From Candidatus Methylomirabilis limnetica (lineage in GTDB: Bacteria; Methylomirabilota; Methylomirabilia; Methylomirabilales; Methylomirabilaceae), in the NCBI RefSeq assembly GCF_003044035.1, contig NZ_NVQC01000017.1, positions 120,001 through 152,000 of the forward strand: a stretch of 32,000 nt of DNA, given 5' to 3'. Under the pieces are notes generated by a model. It had not been told where the DNA came from. It worked only from the letters and a program-made list of their open reading frames with translations, and searched no databases. Shown piece by piece: positions 26,995 through 32,000 of this stretch; within the stretch, counting starts at the first letter, position 1, and each line of letters starts with the position of its first letter. Made by a program: the position numbers and the translations under genes.

Positions 26995-27039
26995 CCGCAT
27001 TCGTGCCAGAGGGGGCGGATTAAGCAAGATTGGGGTGAT

Positions 27040-27477
27040 ATGCCACGTGAGATCTCGGCCGGGGTAATCCTGTTCAGGCGAGCGCCGGAGCCGCACTACG
27101 TGCTTCTCCATTACGGATCAGGCCACTGGGACTTTCCCAAGGGGCACATCGAAACTGGCGAAGACGCACAGCAAACAGCCAAGCGTGAGCTGAAGGAGGA
27201 GACCGGAATCTCCGAGGCATGCTTTGTAGACGGCTACAAGCAGACGCTCCGGTATTTTTTTCGACATAAAGGGATCGGGATCTTCAAGACCGTCATCTAC
27301 TTTCTCGCAGAAACGGATCAGTCCGAGATCAGCCTTTCCCATGAACATATCGGTTTCGACTGGCTTCCATATGACCTCGCCATGGCGCGGTTGACCTTCA
27401 AGAACTCCCGGGATCTCCTGGTGAAGGCCCATGAACACCTACAGACTGTTCAGCCTTCTGGGCAGGACGATCGGTAA
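27040..27477 (+). CDS. NUDIX hydrolase (Ap4A-hydrolase-like)
   Basis: The Nudix box GHIETGEDAQQTAKRELKEETGI is present. The N-terminal SAGVILFR and WDFPKG motifs are typical of bis(5'-nucleosyl)-tetraphosphatase-type NUDIX proteins. Confidence 0.85.
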   Translation: MPREISAGVILFRRAPEPHYVLLHYGSGHWDFPKGHIETGEDAQQTAKRELKEETGISEACFVDGYKQTLRYFFRHKGIGIFKTVIYFLAETDQSEISLSHEHIGFDWLPYDLAMARLTFKNSRDLLVKAHEHLQTVQPSGQDDR

Positions 27478-27714
27478 CCCACCGGCCAGAGGCGGGAATA
27501 GGGCAAGGAGGTCTCCCTCCTTGAGGGGGGTGTCTTCGCCGGCGTGGAGGCCGTTGATAAGGACCATCGTGGGTTGCGGCTTGGGGATGCCTAGCTGGTC
27601 GATCACCTGTCCGACCGTCACCCCATCGGCACACTCCATGGTCGCTTTATGGCTCTGGGAGCCCTTCGGCAGGTACTGAGATAACGTAGCGTACAGCGCC
27701 ACCTCGATCTTCAC
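27439..27714 (-). CDS. MoaD/ThiS-family ubiquitin-like sulfur carrier with C-terminal extension (AorD-like)
   Basis: The sequence reads ...LALFPPLAGG and then continues with 12 more residues (LPIVLPRRLNSL). The GTG start overlaps the upstream oxidoreductase stop as GTGA (27711-27714). Confidence 0.75.
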   Translation of the reverse strand: MKIEVALYATLSQYLPKGSQSHKATMECADGVTVGQVIDQLGIPKPQPTMVLINGLHAGEDTPLKEGDLLALFPPLAGGLPIVLPRRLNSL

Positions 27715-28976
27715 ACCCTGCCGGCCTTATCGACCGCGCGCAGAACAGTTCCCCATCGAACGGGGGCTGGCGCCAGGTGGTCCGGCGTCAAGGTGAAGGT
27801 GGTCCGGGTCCGAATCATGTTATGGAGGATGCCAGCGTCCTCGATCATCCCCACCAGCATTGCGCCAACAAGTTGTTCTCCCGTGAAGACCAGCTTACGG
27901 TAGATCCGCTTCAGGTCGTCCCGGACCTCCCGGATCTGATACGGTTCCCCATCCGGTGGATTCCACATACCGATTGAGGCGATCGGGGTGTCAATGACCG
28001 TCGTCACATTCATCGCCATCGACCCTTCGTAAGTCGTGGCAACCCCGGCCATATTTAGCCCGGCCGTCCGCCCCTGGTTCAGCGCTTCAGGCCAGATGGC
28101 GTTCATCACCCGCTCGCCGCTGAACATATCGACCGTTTCGGCGACGTCTCCGGCGGCATAGATCCCTTCCAGGCTGGTCCGCTGGTAGGTATCTACGGAT
28201 ACCCCACGATGGATCGTAACGCCGGTCCTATCGAGGAAGTCGATATTGGGCGCGACGCCGGCGGCCATCACCAGAAGCTGGCACGGGAGCACCTCCCCGC
28301 TTTCAACCCGCACGCCGGTGATCTGGCCGTTATTGCCCAGCAACTCGGTCGCCCTGACACCGCACCTGACGGTCACTCCCGCTGTCCGAAGCGCCCCCTC
28401 CGCCATCGCGGCCGAGACCGCATCGGCCATGGCGGGCATCACGTGCGGCATCTGTTCAATGACAGTCGTCTTCAAACCGCGACGGGCGAACGCATCCACC
28501 ACCTGGATCCCGATCAGGCCAGCCCCGATCACGACAGCCTCTTTCGTGCGAGGGATCGCCTCGTCGATCTGTGTGGCATCATTGTTGGTGATGCAGGGGT
28601 AGATGCCATGAAGATCCGTCCCCGGGATCGGTGGCATCACGGCGTGAGAGCCCGACGCCACCAGCAGGTTGTCGTACGCCAGGTTCTCACCGTTGCTCAG
28701 CCTCACCAGGCGGGCGGTTGGATCGACGGAGATGGCAGCGACCCCCATCACCCCCCGCACCTTCATCCGGTCAAAGTACCCGTCGTCCCGCATCCGCATC
28801 CCATCATAGCCGACCTCGCGGGAGATGAAGTGCGTGAGGCCGACCCGCGAATAGAGCGGCAACAGTTCTTTCGAGACGACCGTGATGGGGCAGTCCTGGT
28901 CTACTCGCCGGATCGCTTCTACGGCAGCCAGGCCGGCCGCGCTGGCCCCGACAATCACCTGATGAAGTTTACCCAT
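27711..28976 (-). CDS. FAD-dependent pyridine nucleotide-disulfide oxidoreductase family protein (AorC-like electron-transfer subunit)
   Basis: An N-terminal VIVGASAAGLAA dinucleotide fold and a second Rossmann motif (VVIGAGLIGIQV) are present, along with AAGDVA. The ATG at 28976 (MGKLHQV) is preferred over the TTG at 29057. Confidence 0.8.
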   Translation of the reverse strand: MGKLHQVIVGASAAGLAAVEAIRRVDQDCPITVVSKELLPLYSRVGLTHFISREVGYDGMRMRDDGYFDRMKVRGVMGVAAISVDPTARLVRLSNGENLAYDNLLVASGSHAVMPPIPGTDLHGIYPCITNNDATQIDEAIPRTKEAVVIGAGLIGIQVVDAFARRGLKTTVIEQMPHVMPAMADAVSAAMAEGALRTAGVTVRCGVRATELLGNNGQITGVRVESGEVLPCQLLVMAAGVAPNIDFLDRTGVTIHRGVSVDTYQRTSLEGIYAAGDVAETVDMFSGERVMNAIWPEALNQGRTAGLNMAGVATTYEGSMAMNVTTVIDTPIASIGMWNPPDGEPYQIREVRDDLKRIYRKLVFTGEQLVGAMLVGMIEDAGILHNMIRTRTTFTLTPDHLAPAPVRWGTVLRAVDKAGRV

Positions 28977-29203
28977 ACTGGTTATCCGGCAACAAGAAGT
29001 GTCTTCAACTTTAGCCGTTCGTGGTGAGCCTGTCGAACCACAATTACCCCTCGCCAAGGGTGAATGGTTGCGAGAGCCTCAGTGAACAGTAGCATTCTGA
29101 GATATTCCTCTGTGGTGCTGTACGGAATGCTTCAAGAAGGCGCCTAACGCCAGAAATCAGCATCGGCGCTTTTTGCCGTCCGCTGAATTGATTCGTGAAG
29201 CAT

Positions 29204-29584
29204 TTATTTTACTAATGCATGTGGAAAATTTGGACTATCTGGATTGACTATTAGTTTTCTATGACCTGGAGATACAATTAAGTCCATATCTTCCATTGGA
29301 ACAGCGCCAAGAAGAACCTCATCACCTAAAACTAATGCTCCAACGAAGCAATTTCTGTTTTCAAAAAGTATTTCAATTGGACCAACATAAGGAACCATTT
29401 GTTTTCTACCATCTGCGGTTGTTACCTCACGCTGGCTATTAATCTCTAGCTTGAGTTGAAGTGCGATGTGATCCGGAATACATAAAGTCAAAGCCCCCGT
29501 ATAAACCATTGCCTTGACTGTAATTATTTTGAGATTTGGCAGCCGAGGATTTTTTAACTTTATCTCTGCATGAACATATCCCAT
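29204..29584 (-). CDS. Retropepsin-like (clan AA) aspartic protease homolog with catalytic Asp replaced by Tyr
   Basis: The 126-aa protein follows the layout of small clan-AA proteases. The active-site position reads AMVYTGAL where the family has V-D-T-G-A. The downstream LLGAVPMEDMDLIVSP flap/dimer region is present. GC is about 32-43% by hand count of three 60-nt lines, versus roughly 55-65% in the flanks. Confidence 0.7.
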   Translation of the reverse strand: MGYVHAEIKLKNPRLPNLKIITVKAMVYTGALTLCIPDHIALQLKLEINSQREVTTADGRKQMVPYVGPIEILFENRNCFVGALVLGDEVLLGAVPMEDMDLIVSPGHRKLIVNPDSPNFPHALVK

Positions 29585-29644
29585 AAAGTACCCCCTACAG
29601 GAAAACGCTTACTTCAAGTCATTTTCGGCCTCTGGTCTGATTTG

Positions 29645-29749
29645 GAGGGTATAGGGGACATGGTAGAGGGTATAGGGTAAGAACAACTTCCCAAAAATCC
29701 GTCATATCCTTGCTAAACCCTTCACCCTAAACCCTATACCCTGCTCTAC
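29645..29749. repeat. GAGGGTATAGGG direct/inverted repeat cluster with G-quadruplex-type tracts
   Basis: Direct copies lie at 29645-29656 and 29666-29677. An inverted copy lies at 29732-29742. A 16-nt inverted repeat pairs 29663-29678 with 29731-29749 (3-nt bulge). A (C3N4)3C3 tract runs 29718-29741. Confidence 0.65.
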
Positions 29750-31545
29750 TAGAGGCCCAGTTCTCTCAGCTTTTCTTGTGTTGGTACCCCTTGCGGGTCC
29801 CAGCCTCGAAGGCGATAGTACTCCGGGAGCATCTCGCCGAGGCGGGCCACCTTCCCCTTGGCCGGTCCGGCTGGAATCGGCTCCTCCAGGATGCGACGGG
29901 GCAGGGTATCGTCTTTAGCGCTTAATCCGGCCCTGAGGTTAAAGAGCCGCTCGAGGTTCCAGATCCGCTCACCGATTTGGATCACCTCTCCCAGCGTATA
30001 ACCGACGCCCGTCGCAAGCTCCAACATAGCATGTATATCAGCGGGCTCCAGGGCGAAGGTGGTGAACAGACAGGCGCCGGTCGAATCGACGAAAGCGGTG
30101 ACGTCCTGGGATGCCTTGGACATTGCCGCCTTCCCTTCGATAGCGAACGGATCCACCTTCAGCGGAACGCCGAACACCTCAGCCGAGATGGTGTAGCCAC
30201 GCAGGTGGCAGGCGCCTCGGTTAGAGGTGGCATACCCGAGCGCCATCCCCTGGGCGCCGCGGCCGTCGTACGCGGCAAATGCCTGCTTCTTCACCCCCAT
30301 GAACAGCTCGGGATGGCCATACCGCTCGGCTACCCGCGCCCCGCCCAAGGCCAGGATTGCGCCAAACCCCTCTCCCCTCCCCAGCTTCTCCGTCATCTCC
30401 ACCAGGGCGTCCGCATCGCCGAAACGAAGCGAGCGGCCGATCTCCCGCTCCGGGATGTAGCCCCGCTCGAACAGTTCCATGGCGGTAGCGATGGCCACCC
30501 CCGCCTCGATGGTGTCCATCCCCAATTCATTACACAGGTAGCCCGCCTTGGTGACCGCCGCCAAGTCGCTGACACCGGTCATGGCGCCGAGGCCCCAGAC
30601 GGTCTCGTATTCCGGCCCCTCACCCGATCCCTTGAACTTTCCAGCCTTGACCTCGGTCACCCGCGCGCAGGCAATGGTACACGCGAAGCAGCCCTTGTTC
30701 CGAGTCAGGATCTCGTCACGGATGGTCTCGCCGCTGATCCGCTCGGCGCCGGCAAACTGGCCGAACTGGAAGTTGTTGGTCGGCATGAAGCCATGCGCGT
30801 TGATAACGTTCACGATCCCTGGGGTACCGTACATCGGCAGCCCCGCTCCCGCTGCCGGGTCCCCCTTAAGCTTTGCTACGGCTGTCAGGCACGCCCCCAT
30901 GAACGCCTGGGGCTGGGCGACCTTAACCGACTGGGTACCCCGGAAGACCACCGCCTTCAGGTTTTTCGATCCCATCACCGCGCCCACCCCGGAGCGACCC
31001 GCCGCGCGATGCTTGTCATTTATGATGCAGGCGGTCAGGCTCAGCTTCTCACCCGCAGGCCCGATGCTACAGATCTTGGCCTCGGCATTCGTGGCATTGT
31101 GAAGGATATCCTCGGTCTCGTGGGTGGACTTCCCCCAGACCTTGGCCGCTTCCCGGATTTCCACCTTATCATTATTGACCCAGAGATAAACCGGATGTGG
31201 CGCCTTCCCCTCCACAATCACCAGGTCGTAGCCGGCGTACTTCATCTCCGCCCCGACATATCCACCCGAGTTCGAACAGGCGATCGCGCCGGTAAGCGGC
31301 GACTTGGTCACCACCATGTACCGGCCGCCGGTCGGGGCGTTCGTGCCCGTGAGCGGGCCGGTGGCGAGGATCAGTTTGTTGGCCGGTCCGAGGGGATCGA
31401 GCCGTGGGTCGATCTCATCGTACAGGATCTTCGTCGCCAGGCCCCGACCGCCGATGTAGGCCCTGGCGAGCTGCGGGTTCAGCGGCTCCTTCGCCACGCT
31501 ACCGTTGCTCAGGTTGACCCTGAGGATCGTGCCTGTCCAGCCCAT
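29749..31545 (-). CDS. aor: Tungsten-containing aldehyde:ferredoxin oxidoreductase (AOR family, AorB-like)
   Basis: The 598-aa protein starts with MGWTGTILRVNLS...GGRGL, typical of the AOR N-terminal domain. The AOR-family pattern continues through to the C-terminus. The start overlaps the stop of the upstream Fe-S gene. Confidence 0.9.
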   Translation of the reverse strand: MGWTGTILRVNLSNGSVAKEPLNPQLARAYIGGRGLATKILYDEIDPRLDPLGPANKLILATGPLTGTNAPTGGRYMVVTKSPLTGAIACSNSGGYVGAEMKYAGYDLVIVEGKAPHPVYLWVNNDKVEIREAAKVWGKSTHETEDILHNATNAEAKICSIGPAGEKLSLTACIINDKHRAAGRSGVGAVMGSKNLKAVVFRGTQSVKVAQPQAFMGACLTAVAKLKGDPAAGAGLPMYGTPGIVNVINAHGFMPTNNFQFGQFAGAERISGETIRDEILTRNKGCFACTIACARVTEVKAGKFKGSGEGPEYETVWGLGAMTGVSDLAAVTKAGYLCNELGMDTIEAGVAIATAMELFERGYIPEREIGRSLRFGDADALVEMTEKLGRGEGFGAILALGGARVAERYGHPELFMGVKKQAFAAYDGRGAQGMALGYATSNRGACHLRGYTISAEVFGVPLKVDPFAIEGKAAMSKASQDVTAFVDSTGACLFTTFALEPADIHAMLELATGVGYTLGEVIQIGERIWNLERLFNLRAGLSAKDDTLPRRILEEPIPAGPAKGKVARLGEMLPEYYRLRGWDPQGVPTQEKLRELGL

Positions 31546-32000
31546 CAGCCTGCCATCTCCTTGTAGACCTCCTTCATCCGAAGGGCGGTGGCGGCCTGTT
31601 TGGCCTTGGGACCCGCGTCCTCATCGGTAAAGAGCAACGCCTTCGGCGTACAGAACTTCACGCACTCCGGATCGCCGTCGATAGAGAGGCAGAGATCGCA
31701 CTTCTCGGCCTTACCGTGGTCTGCATACAGCTCTATCGCCCCGAAAGGGCAGGCCAGGACGCACATCTTGCAGCCGACGCATTTGTTGTCGACGACGTAG
31801 TACGCCATGTAGTCGTCGTTGCGAAGGATGGCGGTGGTGGGGCAGATCTTCGCGCACCAGGCTTCACTGCATTGGGTGCAGGCGGTGGGGATGTAGACCG
31901 CCTCCTCAAGGAAGATGCTGACCTTGATGCGCGATCGGCTGGGGTTGAACTCGCCGTAGTGCTTCACCGAGCAGGCCAGCTCGCAGGCTCGACAGGCGGT
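31545..32000 (-). CDS. 4Fe-4S polyferredoxin-like subunit (AorA-like), 5' end outside the window
   Basis: Multiple CxxCxxCxxxCP clusters are present (CTQCSEAWCAKICP, CVGCKMCVLACP). The frame stays open upstream of the track's GTG at 31967 and reads TACRACELACS to the window edge, so the gene is partial. Confidence 0.85.
   Translation of the reverse strand, partial: TACRACELACSVKHYGEFNPSRSRIKVSIFLEEAVYIPTACTQCSEAWCAKICPTTAILRNDDYMAYYVVDNKCVGCKMCVLACPFGAIELYADHGKAEKCDLCLSIDGDPECVKFCTPKALLFTDEDAGPKAKQAATALRMKEVYKEMAG

Noticed and set aside
28209-29027. 272-aa plus-strand ORF
   Set aside because: It is antisense to the AorC-like flavoprotein and has shadow-ORF composition (His/Arg/Asp/Pro-rich).
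29130-29170. GCGCC…GGCGC hairpin followed by TTTTT as a terminator
   Set aside because: The T-run is on the plus strand, where no gene is being terminated. The loop is about 20 nt, and on the minus strand no U-tract follows.
29716-29741. TTTAGGG telomere-like repeats on the minus strand (GGGTTTAGGGTGAAGGGTTTAG)
   Set aside because: There are only two imperfect units inside a bacterial intergenic region. They are a by-product of the GGGTATAGGG-type repeat, not telomeric sequence.
29977-31566. 529-aa plus-strand ORF
   Set aside because: It is entirely antisense to the well-supported AOR gene. Its Arg/Pro/Gly/His-rich composition is typical of shadow ORFs in high-GC DNA, and it has no recognisable motifs.
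1-32000. Search for tRNA, rRNA, CRISPR arrays, transposases and integrases
   Set aside because: I saw no T-loop/acceptor-like cloverleaf signatures, no regularly spaced direct repeats and no recombinase-like ORFs. This scan was done by eye and is not exhaustive.

Overview
This is roughly 60% GC bacterial chromosomal DNA from a diderm organism, judging by LptF/LptG and a Pal-type OmpA lipoprotein. Gene density is high, and many adjacent genes are translationally coupled through overlapping stop and start codons. I support 31 protein-coding genes. I found no tRNA, rRNA, CRISPR array, transposase or integrase.

Main blocks:
1. 65-12134: a lipid locus. A minus-strand operon encodes a fatty-acyl-AMP ligase, an SDR reductase, an ACP, a serine-palmitoyltransferase-like alpha-oxoamine synthase and a GT4 glycosyltransferase, followed by AsnB and a GT-B-like protein. 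It faces a divergent GNAT N-acyltransferase coupled to an NTP-transferase, with a convergent LicC-like cytidylyltransferase. This matches the five-gene bacterial ceramide pathway plus uncharacterised head-group genes, and it is my top candidate for something new.
2. lptF and lptG, a metallophosphoesterase, an ArsB/NhaD-type permease and pal.
3. A MacB-type ABC ATPase, a double-FtsX permease and a secreted CrtC/AttH lipocalin-like protein.
4. Two tandem paralogous MntA/HepT (nucleotidyltransferase/HEPN) toxin-antitoxin pairs.
5. A nucleoside hydrolase, a ribokinase, an orphan gene and a NUDIX hydrolase.
6. An AorABC-type tungsten aldehyde:ferredoxin oxidoreductase operon. It is interrupted by a low-GC gene for a retropepsin-like protein with the catalytic Asp replaced, and it ends with a MoaD-like protein that carries 12 residues beyond its Gly-Gly.

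Several structured palindromic repeat elements sit in the intergenic regions. All family assignments rest on motifs read by eye; no database search was run.
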